In this document: in pieces, positions 43,158 to 54,449 of the stretch
How the letters are laid out: every line of letters starts with the position of its first letter
Position numbering within the stretch: position 1 is the first letter of the stretch
Assembly (NCBI GenBank): GCA_965226065.1
Contig: OZ245332.1
Span: 585,672 to 649,671, forward strand
From: Spirochaetia bacterium
GTDB lineage: Bacteria > Spirochaetota > Spirochaetia > WTKD01 > G963693115
Direction: 5' to 3'
DNA: 64,000 nucleotides
The notes under the pieces: model-generated
The model's input: the letters and a program-made list of their open reading frames with translations, nothing else
What the model was told of the DNA's origin: nothing
Databases searched by the model: none
Translations under genes and position numbers: made by a program

Positions 43158-43429
43158 GAATTACAATACCTCCGTACTGCCTCGTTAAAACTAGCATGTG
43201 TTCTAAAAGATATGTGAGTAAGGTTTGTAGAACTAACACAAATATCTAAGAGTGATAATAAAGATGTAAGTAAAATATGAATTTTATAAACACTGAAAAA
43301 TTTATAGACCTGCGTCATATTCCACAGTTTTGTCATAAATCGGAAAACGCAATTGTAGAACTATAAACCATAACACACACCTTATTAATACATGATTAAC
43401 CATTGTTAATACATTAGTAATAAAATTAC

Positions 43430-43948
43430 AATATAATAGGAATTATATCTGGCATAGTAAGTCTCTACGCTTTATACCTGCTCAATTCTAACAATGCCGT
43501 TACTATTATTTTTATAAAAACTATGATAATGCATGTACGTAATGTAATAAACTCGAAAACAAGCATACATATAAAATCAAAAACCATGCTGTTCATTACT
43601 TTTATACTTGCAGGCATAACAACACTATTCGTTCTGTGTTACTTTCAAGTAGCAGAATCAGCGCATGATAAGCCTGTACTGTTATTATTATGCTCTTGTG
43701 TTCTAGCGCAGCCTACTATGGACTTTTTCTGATAAGCGCGTTTCCAAAAAAGAATATCACACAGAATGCGATCTACAATAATCTCGTATCAAACATCTTT
43801 TTCTATGCTCATACATGGAATATGATTACCGTTTTTTGGGTTTCTTTATGGCAAGTATGAGCGTGCTACTTTGTTATTTTTAGCGCTAGCCTTTACGGTA
43901 ACTCTGTTGCTTCTTCTATCAAATACAAGAGATCTTCTAAAGCAATAG
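43430..43948 (+). pseudogene. Possible degraded membrane-protein gene
   Basis: Hydrophobic segments spread over three frames (IIGIISGIVSLYALYLL; LFITFILAGITTLFVL; YYGLFLISAF; ATLLFLALAFTVTLLLLL) with internal stops. Confidence 0.35.
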
Positions 43949-44008
43949 TTTTTTCATTAAGTTTAATAAGATGCGTCTTATCGGAAATGTCCCACAAATT
44001 TTTGCACC

Positions 44009-44968
44009 TTAATCAATGCATGGCTGATACACAACATTTTCACCACAGCAAGATTTTTGAGACTGCGTAGATTTGATAATATCTGAGAAAGGCTGAGCTC
44101 CATTAAAGACGTAAAAATGCACCAAGGGTTCTTCGCTCTTTACAAAGAGCTGTGCTTGCCGCCTCAACCACGCTTCACCGAGAGCATAGCTTTCTTCTTC
44201 GTTTTTCGCATAGTATATAGCGCGTAAAAGTTGCGAGGGAACAAGCGAACCAAGCGCAAGAGATGATATTCTCTGAATATGCTGCTTTGACTTTACATAG
44301 GTAATTCCCGGTATTATTGGTACATCAATGCTTAGGATTCTGCATCTTTCTACAAAATCTGCAAACTCATTATTATCAAAAAACAACTGCGTGATAATGT
44401 AATCAGCTCCCGACTCAACTTTGCGTTTAAGATTGTGCATATCGTCTAAAAAATTAGGTTGTTCGTGATGTCCTGAAGGATACCCCGCAACACCGATACA
44501 CAAGCGAGAATCAAGAGACTTTATTTCTTGTACAAGATCAGAGGCATAGGGAAAATCTATCTTTGATGAACGAAAAGACCACGTATCGTCATAGGAAATA
44601 TCGCCTCGTATGACGAATATGTTTGTGATACCCATTTCAACATATTGATATAGTAAGTCATGACATTCTGCTTTACAAAGCCCATACCCAACAAGATGTG
44701 GCACTAGCACAAGAGAAGGAAGTTTTGCTTTGATAAAACGTATCAAGTGAAGAGTCTGGTAATTTTTATTCACCTTTCCCGTCACATTAACATGTGTTAT
44801 TCCAAGCTCCATATAACGTTCTAAAATTTTTGGTAATTTTTCGAGTCCCGCCTCTGTACGCGGTGGATAAATTTCTATGCTAAAACGAGTACCTTGCGTG
44901 GATTTTTGCACATCTGTCTCACAAACAATAGCATTGCAGATGTCACGTATTTTCATGTCTTTTTTCAT
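44009..44968 (-). CDS. metF: Methylenetetrahydrofolate reductase
   Basis: FSIEIYPP, PHL, IRGD, YASDLV, GVAGYP, KVESGADYIITQLFFD. Confidence 0.92.
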   Translation of the reverse strand: MKKDMKIRDICNAIVCETDVQKSTQGTRFSIEIYPPRTEAGLEKLPKILERYMELGITHVNVTGKVNKNYQTLHLIRFIKAKLPSLVLVPHLVGYGLCKAECHDLLYQYVEMGITNIFVIRGDISYDDTWSFRSSKIDFPYASDLVQEIKSLDSRLCIGVAGYPSGHHEQPNFLDDMHNLKRKVESGADYIITQLFFDNNEFADFVERCRILSIDVPIIPGITYVKSKQHIQRISSLALGSLVPSQLLRAIYYAKNEEESYALGEAWLRRQAQLFVKSEEPLVHFYVFNGAQPFSDIIKSTQSQKSCCGENVVYQPCID

Positions 44969-44994
44969 ACTTCGTTCTGTTTCAATGGCTTGAT

Positions 44995-46158
44995 TCAGAA
45001 AGCTGATTTCAATGCTTTTATTTTATTTGTCTTCTCCCATGTAAAGACATCACCAGTACGTCCAAAATGACCATAGGTAGATGTACAGCTAAAAATAGGT
45101 CTCTGCAATTTCAGTGTTCTGATAATACCTGACGGTGTTAAATCAAATTCTTTGCGAATAATTTTCAGAATTACAGATTCGGGTACTGCGTTTGTATCAA
45201 ATGTAAAAACAGATAGGCTTACAGGGTTTTCTACACCGATGGCATATGAAAGCTGAATTTCACATTTCGTAGCAAGTCCTGACGCTACTATGTTTTTTGC
45301 AATGTAACGTGCCATGTATGAAGCTGACCTATCTACTTTACTCGCATCTTTGCCACTAAACGCACCACCGCCGTGCCTACTCATTCCACCGTATGTATCA
45401 GATATAATTTTCCGCCCTGTAAGTCCTGCATCTCCATGCGGACCACCTATGACAAATCTGCCTGTGGGGTTAATGTGATATATCGTATCTTTCTTCAAAA
45501 ATCCTGTAGAACCTAATACAGGTTTTATAAGCTCCTCTCGTATTTGTTTTTCTATCCACCCATGCGACAGTGTTTTTCCATTCCATGTTTCAGCATGTTG
45601 ATGGCTTACCACAATCGTGTGTATTTTTTTAATGGTTTTGTTGTCATATTCAAGGGTTATTTGACATTTAGAATCAGGACGAAGCCACGCAAAAGCAGGA
45701 TTATTTTTACGCACATATGATGCATGACGCAGCACATCGTGCGACCACTGAAGCGCGGCGGGCATATACTGCGGTGTTTCATCGCATGCAAAACCGAACA
45801 TAAGTCCCTGATCGCCTGCGTAAACACGCGAGCCCTTATCTACGCCTTGTGAAATATCAACACTTTGGTTATGCACTGCATTAAACACTGCCATAGATTC
45901 GCAATCAAACCCAGCGCCGAGTTTTGTATAGCCTATGTCCTTCACTACTTCACGCGCTACGGCGTCAAAGTTTACATAACCTTTCGTAGTAATTTCACCG
46001 CCGATAAACACGCATCCGGTCGTGGTAAAAACCTCACATGCAACGCGGCTGTTTTTATCTTGCCTTATACACTCATCAAGCACCGCATCTGATATTTGAT
46101 CAGCTACCTTATCGGGGTGTCCTTCTCCTACAGACTCCGATGTAAAAAGATGTCTCAT
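44995..46158 (-). CDS. metK: S-adenosylmethionine synthetase
   Basis: FTSESVGEGHPDK, AGDQG, GGPHGDAGLTGRKI, GGGAFSGKD. Confidence 0.98.
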   Translation of the reverse strand: MRHLFTSESVGEGHPDKVADQISDAVLDECIRQDKNSRVACEVFTTTGCVFIGGEITTKGYVNFDAVAREVVKDIGYTKLGAGFDCESMAVFNAVHNQSVDISQGVDKGSRVYAGDQGLMFGFACDETPQYMPAALQWSHDVLRHASYVRKNNPAFAWLRPDSKCQITLEYDNKTIKKIHTIVVSHQHAETWNGKTLSHGWIEKQIREELIKPVLGSTGFLKKDTIYHINPTGRFVIGGPHGDAGLTGRKIISDTYGGMSRHGGGAFSGKDASKVDRSASYMARYIAKNIVASGLATKCEIQLSYAIGVENPVSLSVFTFDTNAVPESVILKIIRKEFDLTPSGIIRTLKLQRPIFSCTSTYGHFGRTGDVFTWEKTNKIKALKSAF

Positions 46159-46173
46159 AGTACCTCCATTCTG

Positions 46174-47667
46174 TTAATATCGATAATGTTCAGCTTTATA
46201 AGGACCATCTGCAGAAACACCAATATACTGGGCTTGGGTTTCATTCAGATGCGTAAGCTCAACACTTAAGCGTTTTAGATGAAGACGTGCTACTTCTTCA
46301 TCAAGATTTTTTGGCAAAATATGTACGCATGATTTCAACGATGATTTCTCTTTCCACAGCATAAGTTGCGCAAGTACTTGATTAGTAAAACTCATGCTCA
46401 TAACAAAACTTGAGTGTCCTGTCGCACAACCGAGATTTACAAGACGTCCTTCTGCAAGCAGATAGATAGTATTTCCTGAAGGCATGCGGTAGGTATCAAC
46501 TTGGGGTTTTATATTTTCTCGAACAATAGATCCTCGTTCAACTTCTTTATTCAGTGCATCCACTTGTATTTCATTGTTAAAATGCCCTATGTTGCAAACA
46601 ATGGCTTGATCTTTCATTTTCAGCATGTGCTCAAGCCTAATGACGTCTTTATTGCCTGTAGTGGTGATAAAAATATCAACTGTACTGACAACACTTTCAA
46701 GTGTCTTTACCACGTAACCTTCCATGGCAGCTTGTAAGGCACAGATGGGATCTATTTCTGTTACGATAACGCGCGCACCAAAGCGTTGAAGCGCAGAAGC
46801 ACAACCCTTACCGACATCACCATATCCGCACACAACTGCTTCTTTTCCCGCTATCATACAATCGGTAGCGCGCTTAATGCCATCGAGCAAACTTTCGCGA
46901 CATCCATAGAGATTATCAAATTTGCTTTTTGTTACCGAGTCATTTACGTTAATAGCAGGGACAAGCAGCGCATCGCTTTCTTGCATTTGATAAAGACGCA
47001 AAACACCTGTAGTGGTCTCTTCACTTACACCTTTCCATTGCGCGAGAGAACGTGTCCAAAATTGCGAGTCTTCTTTGTAACGTCGTAACAGCAGCTGTTT
47101 TATAACAGTCTCTTCCTCATCGTGAGATTTTTCATGCACCCATGTACTACCGCACTCAAGTTCTACACCTTTGTGAAACAAAAGCGTTGCATCACCTCCA
47201 TCATCTACAATAAGTTGAGGTCCTATAAGCGTAGCGTCATCGTTTGTAAACGTAAGTGCTTTGAGAGTCTGATCCCAGTACTCTTCCAATGTTTCACCCT
47301 TCCATGCAAAAACACTCACTCCTTGAGGGTTGTCTTGCGTGCCACCACGATTCTTAAGCCCAACGACAACCGCTGCCGCTGCTTCATCTTGCGTAGAAAA
47401 TATATTACAACTTGCCCAGCGTAGCGATGCACCTAAGGCATCAAGCGTCTCTATAAGCACTGCAGTTTGCACCGTCATGTGTAGGCTTCCACTAATGCGT
47501 ACGCCATCAAGTGGCTTTGCATCGCTATGCAATTCGCGCAACTGCATAAGCCCTACCATTTCTTTTTCCGCTATTGTTATTTCACGTCTGCCCCATTCGG
47601 CATATTCAATATGTGCTACGCAATAATCTAAACTTGTTTTTTGTGTATTGATTTTTAATTCGCTCAT
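46174..47667 (-). CDS. ahcY: S-adenosylhomocysteine hydrolase
   Basis: [47 protein letters not shown]. Confidence 0.97.
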   Translation of the reverse strand: MSELKINTQKTSLDYCVAHIEYAEWGRREITIAEKEMVGLMQLRELHSDAKPLDGVRISGSLHMTVQTAVLIETLDALGASLRWASCNIFSTQDEAAAAVVVGLKNRGGTQDNPQGVSVFAWKGETLEEYWDQTLKALTFTNDDATLIGPQLIVDDGGDATLLFHKGVELECGSTWVHEKSHDEEETVIKQLLLRRYKEDSQFWTRSLAQWKGVSEETTTGVLRLYQMQESDALLVPAINVNDSVTKSKFDNLYGCRESLLDGIKRATDCMIAGKEAVVCGYGDVGKGCASALQRFGARVIVTEIDPICALQAAMEGYVVKTLESVVSTVDIFITTTGNKDVIRLEHMLKMKDQAIVCNIGHFNNEIQVDALNKEVERGSIVRENIKPQVDTYRMPSGNTIYLLAEGRLVNLGCATGHSSFVMSMSFTNQVLAQLMLWKEKSSLKSCVHILPKNLDEEVARLHLKRLSVELTHLNETQAQYIGVSADGPYKAEHYRY

Positions 47668-47702
47668 TTTTAATATATACTCTTCCTGATATGTTTATAT
47701 TT

Positions 47703-47750
47703 AATTGTGCTTTAGCATAGCACAATTCACATTCTCGCTCAAGCGTGTGA
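47703..47750. promoter_or_regulatory. Two adjacent hairpins/palindromes in the ahcY leader
   Basis: AATTGTGCT-7 nt-AGCACAATT and TCACA..CGCT-CA-AGCG-TGTGA. Confidence 0.35.
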
Positions 47751-47843
47751 GTGTAAGAAAGGGAAGTTATATACAATGTAACACCGGGAATCATAGACAC
47801 ACATAGTAGAATACTTTCTCTTTGCTAAGATAACAATTGCATT

Positions 47844-49460
47844 TTATAATGCACTGCGTGTGTTTTGGAACTGTTCGTGCACGCACTGTGTAAACTGCGT
47901 GGCATGCTTTTGTAATGTTTCATCGACCTCTGTGATTTTTGCACGGACTAACAGTGCAGAACTCAGTGCACGTGCATTAAGCGATGGGCAAGATCCTTTA
48001 GCAGCACATACGGCAGCTCCCATGCCTGCACCAACTGACCCCACGGAAACAACAGGGCAATTCCAAAAAGCACTTACTCGCTTGCATATTTCCTGCGATG
48101 AAGCAAGTCCGCCCGTGATATTTATTTGTTCATACGCTTGTCTCTTTATAGCGATACGTGCATAACCTGCCATGAGAGCGAGTGTGGTATCAACAAGTGC
48201 AGCGTAATCGTGGTAAAAATTTTCATGAGTATCACAGCGCTCACGAGATGTCGGTGTCCATGCTATCGGCGTAGAACGCGGAAACGATTCTTCTAGAGGC
48301 TGCCAAAATAACGGACGAGAATGCGCGTGAATAGAAACACGACGTAACGCATTTTCCCCATCTGCTATGCTCATACCATAAAAGCTGCGAAGCTTATCCC
48401 ACACAAGCGCGCCATTGGTTCTACATGCAAACAGAAATGGATTTTCAAGCCCATCATACATAGCATGAGTATGTGGATGACACACGATGTCTTCTGCACT
48501 TTCACAACACGATCCCATCATTACAAAACTACTTCCTAAACTTAAAAGCGCATGGTGTGAAAGCACCTTTGTTTGGGGGTTATCACCACTTCCTGCAACA
48601 ACCGCACAAGAAGAAGAAAATCCATACCGTTGCACGAAATATGCTGCTATCTGCCCACAAAGCTTACAGGGACTTTCTATATCAGGTAATTTAGCGCGAA
48701 GTGTTTCTGCACCATCTACAAGACCGGAAGTACATGCAGCGAGTAATGCCTCATCCCATGTTTTGTGCGTGTAATGCATCAGACTTGTTCCTGCACCATT
48801 GCCAAAATCTATTGGCGCATCGGCATTGCCAACAAGCACAGACGTGATAAAGCTGCTTAATAAATGAATGCGCATCGTATTTTGATAGTCACGAGGATAG
48901 TCTGTGATAACTTTGCGTATAATTGCACCGGTAAATCGCAGTGGGCTCTCAGAACCAGTACGCGATAAAATATCGGGAACTTGTTCTTTAAGGTGCTTTG
49001 CCTCTTTGCCCGTGTTGCTGGTCATCCATATAGGAGCGTGCGGATGTGAATAACATGAGAAAAACCGCTCTTCAAGGCTTGTCGAAGATGCGTATTTTTT
49101 ACGATGTAAGGTTTCGCATTTCTGTACATATTCACCATTTAAATATACGTGTCCATGTTGTTGCGCAGAGACTGCTATAGCAGAGACTCCTGAAAAATCA
49201 AACTTTTGACTTTTCATGGTTTCAAAAACCGCATCTAAGGCATACAAAAACATGCTCGGCGGTTGCACATATCGGCCTTCTTCTATTCGTTCCTCATTCG
49301 TAGAAACAAGCGTTTTTGTCGAAGCGCTTATGCCATATTTTTTAACGCACTGGGAGTTTCCAAATGAAAAACTCCATGTACCAAGTATAGAGGCAAGATC
49401 ACACTCTAGTGCAACAACCGTACAACTTTGAGTACTTAGATCTATCCCAAGAGTTATCAT
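47844..49460 (-). CDS. FGGY-family carbohydrate kinase, xylulokinase-like
   Basis: LGIDLSTQS, SAQQHGHVY, RFTG, GSGDNP, SLGSS, NGAL. Confidence 0.85.
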   Translation of the reverse strand: MITLGIDLSTQSCTVVALECDLASILGTWSFSFGNSQCVKKYGISASTKTLVSTNEERIEEGRYVQPPSMFLYALDAVFETMKSQKFDFSGVSAIAVSAQQHGHVYLNGEYVQKCETLHRKKYASSTSLEERFFSCYSHPHAPIWMTSNTGKEAKHLKEQVPDILSRTGSESPLRFTGAIIRKVITDYPRDYQNTMRIHLLSSFITSVLVGNADAPIDFGNGAGTSLMHYTHKTWDEALLAACTSGLVDGAETLRAKLPDIESPCKLCGQIAAYFVQRYGFSSSCAVVAGSGDNPQTKVLSHHALLSLGSSFVMMGSCCESAEDIVCHPHTHAMYDGLENPFLFACRTNGALVWDKLRSFYGMSIADGENALRRVSIHAHSRPLFWQPLEESFPRSTPIAWTPTSRERCDTHENFYHDYAALVDTTLALMAGYARIAIKRQAYEQINITGGLASSQEICKRVSAFWNCPVVSVGSVGAGMGAAVCAAKGSCPSLNARALSSALLVRAKITEVDETLQKHATQFTQCVHEQFQNTRSAL

Positions 49461-49462
49461 TG

Positions 49463-51379
49463 TTATTTTATACTTGAAAAACCAAGGGTAATGGAAAAAT
49501 TCTTATCATTCTGCGCAGCGAAATTGTCTAAAGGAAACTGAACAAGCATGTCGGTATATTGATATACAGATTGTACGCTTGTATATTCTCCACCATACAC
49601 AGAAGCAATGTGTACATCAGCGCGTGTAGAAAAATCAAAAGTAAGATATTCTTTTTGAACGATGTGGTGAAATCGCATACCTTGCGTACTTTTTATGTGC
49701 GTGTGAGACGCTGAAACTGTTTTGTTATCAGATGTTGTTATGGACAAAACATCTGCGTTGTCTTGCGAAAATGCAAGTTTAATTTCAATAATAAAAAACC
49801 CTTGCTGCGCTACTTCGCTTACGTTAGCAATATTATAATGTACGACTACTCCAGTGTTCTGAAACTTATAGTCTTTTGTAATAGCCATATAAGATGCATT
49901 TTCTTGTGAATCTGTCTCAGACGCATTATATGTGTTTCTCTCATGCTCTGCTGAAAAATAAACAGTCGCTTCAGTATTTTTTGATGTAACTTTAGAAAAC
50001 ACAATTGGATGATATGAGTATTTATTTTCTAGCATGTCCATATGCAGTGTTTCTAATGAAGTTTCTCTTGGTACGATAGTTTCTCGAAAAGACCACGGAG
50101 GATGTTGTGCATTATACCACGGCGAATAGCACGCACCATAATTCCATGATTTTGAACGCCCAATTCGATGCAGTAAACAAAGTGATCCGTGTTCAGTCTC
50201 AATAGCACCCATAAAAGACGAGGATGAAAATATAAGTTCTTTTTTACCGTCGAGGTTTATATCAATATTTGACAACATCCCTCTTTTATTTTTTGTAGTA
50301 TCAAGCTCTTGAAGCGTCTTTAGTATCGAAATAAAAAGCTTATACAAGCCTTGTCGCATTGCCATATCTTGAATGCCCCATGGCGTGTTGAAAGACCAAA
50401 ACGGAAAATGGTTTTGTGCTTCCATAAGCATAAGCTTTGCAGATTGCTTACGCGTTTTGTCTTTTTTGTACTTTGCAACTTTTTGCGCACAATGCTGTAG
50501 CATTCCGTATAATAATCTGCTCTCACTCCTGTATACAATTTGCTTCACAAAAGTTTCGTTTTCTTCATCGCCATAGGCAGTCGTACGCACTCGACAAAAG
50601 GTAAATTGTTCTTTACAAAATTTTCGTTCATCACTCGGCAATCGACACGAAGATATTACATTACTACTTTCTAACATAGTCTGAAAAGTTTCCAAAGATT
50701 TGAAGTACATTTTTGTATTAAAAATATCATGATATTCTGCAAGTGCAATGTATACAGAACCTAAGCTATTTTTTAAATCCTCCGTCATTTTTTCTAAATC
50801 TTTATGACATGTATGCTCAGATTGAATTTTCTGCATGAACACTTTATCGTAGATAAATAATGGAAGCATCTCTCCTTTTTCTTCTATCAGCCCCATCCGA
50901 GATTGTTGATGTACCAATTCTACATACGCTCGTTGCACAAAAAGATAATGAGTCCCGGTTTTTTTAAACAGAGGTATAGAAGTATTGTCAAATGTACCGG
51001 GAGTAATCCACACTCCTTTATGTAACACTTTGTAATGCTTTTTTATGTAATAACTGAGTTTTTCTATCTGTTCTCTTTGATCTTTTGATGCCTGTAGTAA
51101 TGGCGCCGTATCATAGTATAAGCCACCTAAAAGTTCCACTTGTCCTCGACTTATAAGCTCTTGTAACACGACCATGCATTCTTTGTAAGATTTTTCAAAA
51201 CCTTCAAACACAATTCCCGATATATAAAAGAAAAATGGAATTGTAGGATGATTATATGCAAGCGATAAATACGGTTTTACCCACAGTTCATAATATGCAG
51301 TGTATTCCTTACGCGAGATATTTCGAGGAAAACTAAATACAGCACCCTGTAATAACGACGACTTACATATTTTTTTCAT
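49463..51379 (-). CDS. GH57 alpha-amylase/4-alpha-glucanotransferase-like protein (divergent)
   Basis: ISG...E, GQVELLGGLYY, GVWI, DINLDGKKE; catalytic-Glu region altered. Confidence 0.65.
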   Translation of the reverse strand: MKKICKSSLLQGAVFSFPRNISRKEYTAYYELWVKPYLSLAYNHPTIPFFFYISGIVFEGFEKSYKECMVVLQELISRGQVELLGGLYYDTAPLLQASKDQREQIEKLSYYIKKHYKVLHKGVWITPGTFDNTSIPLFKKTGTHYLFVQRAYVELVHQQSRMGLIEEKGEMLPLFIYDKVFMQKIQSEHTCHKDLEKMTEDLKNSLGSVYIALAEYHDIFNTKMYFKSLETFQTMLESSNVISSCRLPSDERKFCKEQFTFCRVRTTAYGDEENETFVKQIVYRSESRLLYGMLQHCAQKVAKYKKDKTRKQSAKLMLMEAQNHFPFWSFNTPWGIQDMAMRQGLYKLFISILKTLQELDTTKNKRGMLSNIDINLDGKKELIFSSSSFMGAIETEHGSLCLLHRIGRSKSWNYGACYSPWYNAQHPPWSFRETIVPRETSLETLHMDMLENKYSYHPIVFSKVTSKNTEATVYFSAEHERNTYNASETDSQENASYMAITKDYKFQNTGVVVHYNIANVSEVAQQGFFIIEIKLAFSQDNADVLSITTSDNKTVSASHTHIKSTQGMRFHHIVQKEYLTFDFSTRADVHIASVYGGEYTSVQSVYQYTDMLVQFPLDNFAAQNDKNFSITLGFSSIK

Positions 51380-51388
51380 ATATGATAT

Positions 51389-52567
51389 CTATTCGCGGAC
51401 ATCGTAAATGTGAGATTTTCCAATTGCATGTTTACTCAAAAGCGCATACATGACAGCAAAACTTTTATCAGTGAGCATAAACATATGAGAAAAATGCTTT
51501 GAGACAGGTGTCGTAAAATCAAATAAAATTTCCCGATGTATAAAAGTTTCCGTAAAAAAATGCTCAATGTGTCCTGAAATATAATGCGATAACTGCATAA
51601 TGAGATAACACAAAGGCATACCAAGCGGTACTTTTAGTATTAGTGATTCTTTAGGACTAAAAATAATTTGCATATATTTTTCTATATACGGTTTTTTACA
51701 GAATACCGCCTCATATATAGCAAATAATGTTGAAGGACGAATTATAAGCGTATCTGATAACATCTGCGTTACATCAAGGATATTTTCTTCTTTTTCAAAA
51801 AGTTTTTTTAATACAAAAATATGATTTTTCGATATTAGTGACTCATCCTCTATTGCAAGGGGAATGTTTTTCGTGTGCACAGAATCTTTTTTTCCAATAT
51901 ACTGCATCGCTAGTTTTTTGATATAACGAGCACTGTTATTATTGTTAGAACATATAATAGTCTTTATGTCTCTAAGATCATTTTCAGAATTCTTCGTATC
52001 TTTATTTAAAATACGCAACAAAGCAATGAGTGCTTTTAAAATTTCCACACCATGTAATTGAAGAATTTTTTCTTCCAAAAGCAAAAAGGGCGAACACTCT
52101 AAAGCATTTATCACTATCTTCGTAATACCACGCGTACGCAACTGAGAAAGTATTGTTTCTATAGGTCCTATATCCAAATCAAAAATGCCCGCATATGCAA
52201 TACGAGAAGCAATAGTGTCTATCTTCAGTGATTCTACATTGACCGTAGGTAATTCTCGAAAGATATTGAAATATCCTCCAAAGGAAATCTCAACCGCTTT
52301 CGTGTCATCGTAATTACCAGAATAACGAAATCTTCGTATGCTTTTTACAACACCGCCGACTGCCGAGTGTAAATTTTGTGAGTTATTCTTTTTCGAGCGG
52401 GCAATTATATCACCTGAACGTAAGGCTTGATTTATTTTCACATCAAGTGTGGAGTCCTTATCACAACCTTGTGCAAGTGGATAAAAAAACGTAGAAGGAT
52501 AATCAACATGCGTTACAAGTGAAACTTCATGCAATTTGCTCCGAGGCAAAATATTATTATTAAACAT
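51389..52567 (-). CDS. Divergent RnfC/NqrA-like protein lacking Fe-S motifs
   Basis: LHSAVGGVV, AGI, IVINALECSPFL, VPLGMP; no CxxCxxC. Confidence 0.55.
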   Translation of the reverse strand: MFNNNILPRSKLHEVSLVTHVDYPSTFFYPLAQGCDKDSTLDVKINQALRSGDIIARSKKNNSQNLHSAVGGVVKSIRRFRYSGNYDDTKAVEISFGGYFNIFRELPTVNVESLKIDTIASRIAYAGIFDLDIGPIETILSQLRTRGITKIVINALECSPFLLLEEKILQLHGVEILKALIALLRILNKDTKNSENDLRDIKTIICSNNNNSARYIKKLAMQYIGKKDSVHTKNIPLAIEDESLISKNHIFVLKKLFEKEENILDVTQMLSDTLIIRPSTLFAIYEAVFCKKPYIEKYMQIIFSPKESLILKVPLGMPLCYLIMQLSHYISGHIEHFFTETFIHREILFDFTTPVSKHFSHMFMLTDKSFAVMYALLSKHAIGKSHIYDVRE

Positions 52568-52573
52568 ATCTTT

Positions 52574-53068
52574 TTAAAACAAATATACACATTGAGCTAC
52601 AAAGAAGCCCAAAAAAATACCCACAAAAACTTCAGAGGTAGAATGCCCTTCTACAACTTTTATGGAATCTACCGAATTATTATACTTTTGTGCAAGTTCA
52701 TTGAATTTTTTGCATAGTATTCCAATAGTCTGCCTAACGCTTATTGCATCTTTTACCACAATAACAGAAAAACCCAACGATGCCAAAAATGCAGGGTTAC
52801 TTACGCCTTCTTCTATCGCAATAGCAGTAGTCATTCCTGTTACCATGCTAGAATGACTCGATGGCATTCCTCCACTTTTCCATAACAAGCTTGCGAAAAC
52901 ATCCTGAAATACATCCGCATCTTTTAATGATTTACCTTTATGTACTTCTCGTCGTTCTCGAAATATTACAAAATTTATTATAGTTTTTATAAGCTGAGCT
53001 ATGATCCAACCAAAAAGCGCTGCGTTAAATATCTGATTTGTAAAAAGCTCGTGAAATATTGCAAGCAT
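52574..53068 (-). CDS. Divergent PAP2-family membrane protein (DUF212)
   Basis: AQLIK, SGGMPSSHS, DA..VR, GHS..EV..G. Confidence 0.9.
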   Translation of the reverse strand: MLAIFHELFTNQIFNAALFGWIIAQLIKTIINFVIFRERREVHKGKSLKDADVFQDVFASLLWKSGGMPSSHSSMVTGMTTAIAIEEGVSNPAFLASLGFSVIVVKDAISVRQTIGILCKKFNELAQKYNNSVDSIKVVEGHSTSEVFVGIFLGFFVAQCVYLF

Positions 53069-53156
53069 ATGTAATCATTTTACTAATTATTCATAAGTGT
53101 ATGTTTTATGTAAAATTGAAAGCTATTGTACTGTTTTATGTTTGGCAATAATTTAC

Positions 53157-54326
53157 TTAAGGCAGAAATACCTTCTCAACTCTACAATTATTACCTACAC
53201 TACATAAAAGTTCGTATGATATAGTATTTGCATGAACTGCCTGCTCATCAACTGAAAGGACTGTATCTCCCCATAACAATACTTCATCGTCGCATATTAT
53301 CTCCCCTACCGATTGTCCGAGGTTCACCATTAACATATCCATACAAACTCTGCCAACTATTGGATAATTCTTATTCCTTATACGTACTTTTCCTACATTA
53401 CTCAATGCCACCGATATGCCATCTCCATATCCTCCGTTCACAACCGCTATATATGTTTCTTGCGTAGGTTTATACGTAGATAAATATGAAACACCGTGAT
53501 TCTTTGGTATTTTTTTGATGCATGAAATATTCGATCTTACCTGCATTACTGGGCGAAGAGAGAGCATTGAAGAACGCTGCATTCTCGGGTTTGAATAAGC
53601 ACCATATAATGTAATTCCCGGACGCACCATACTATGATGAGAATGAGGAAATGTTTCTATGCTTCCGCTATTCGCCGCATGTACTAAAAGATCATTTTTC
53701 TCTTCTTTTAATTGTAACAACAAAGGTGAAAACTGCTTCCATTGTTCTTGTACTACAAAATTATCTGTATCGCTAAAATGCGTACAAACTCCCACCACAG
53801 AAATACCTTTCATCGCACATGCATCGTGATAAAATTTATGAAATTGCTTAGGCATTACTCCAAGTCGTCCCATTCCAATATCACACTTTATATGTATACA
53901 TACATCATGGGGAATATCCCATTTGTGTGTAAGTGAAACAAGCGTACACAAGTACTGTTCAGTTCCTACGAAAAATTCAACATTTTCACACGCACGGCGC
54001 ACAGTGCCTGAATTATCACGTACTTGCGTCAAGAATAACATAGTAAGTTCTGCTTGTGTTGCATGACTATAAAGAATAACGCGATTGAACATTGCAGCAT
54101 GACGAAGCTCTAACACCTCTGAAACGCGCGCAAGCCCCAAAGCATAGATGCACTTTTTTTGTGAGTCTTTTAAAGACGATAATGCATCTGCACATTGTAT
54201 CAAACCATGTCCATATGCATTTGCCTTCAATGATGGACAAAGCATAACAGATTCTTTACAATACGAGATTAATTGCAAAACATTATGAAGAAAATTTCGC
54301 AAAGAAACTGATACTTGAACACTCAC
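53157..54326 (-). CDS. alr: Alanine racemase
   Basis: LKANAYGHG (PLP Lys), DIGMGRLG, HAANS, RPGITLYG, GYGDG, GRVCMD, TISYE. Confidence 0.95.
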   Translation of the reverse strand: MSVQVSVSLRNFLHNVLQLISYCKESVMLCPSLKANAYGHGLIQCADALSSLKDSQKKCIYALGLARVSEVLELRHAAMFNRVILYSHATQAELTMLFLTQVRDNSGTVRRACENVEFFVGTEQYLCTLVSLTHKWDIPHDVCIHIKCDIGMGRLGVMPKQFHKFYHDACAMKGISVVGVCTHFSDTDNFVVQEQWKQFSPLLLQLKEEKNDLLVHAANSGSIETFPHSHHSMVRPGITLYGAYSNPRMQRSSMLSLRPVMQVRSNISCIKKIPKNHGVSYLSTYKPTQETYIAVVNGGYGDGISVALSNVGKVRIRNKNYPIVGRVCMDMLMVNLGQSVGEIICDDEVLLWGDTVLSVDEQAVHANTISYELLCSVGNNCRVEKVFLP

Positions 54327-54449
54327 GATATTAAGACGTATTTTTTCAGTGTTTCTTTATAACACATATTCAGCATTGACAAATAAAAAATTCAAAATTT
54401 CACTATTCTCTTTATAGAAATATATTACTATATAAATAGGTAGAATACT

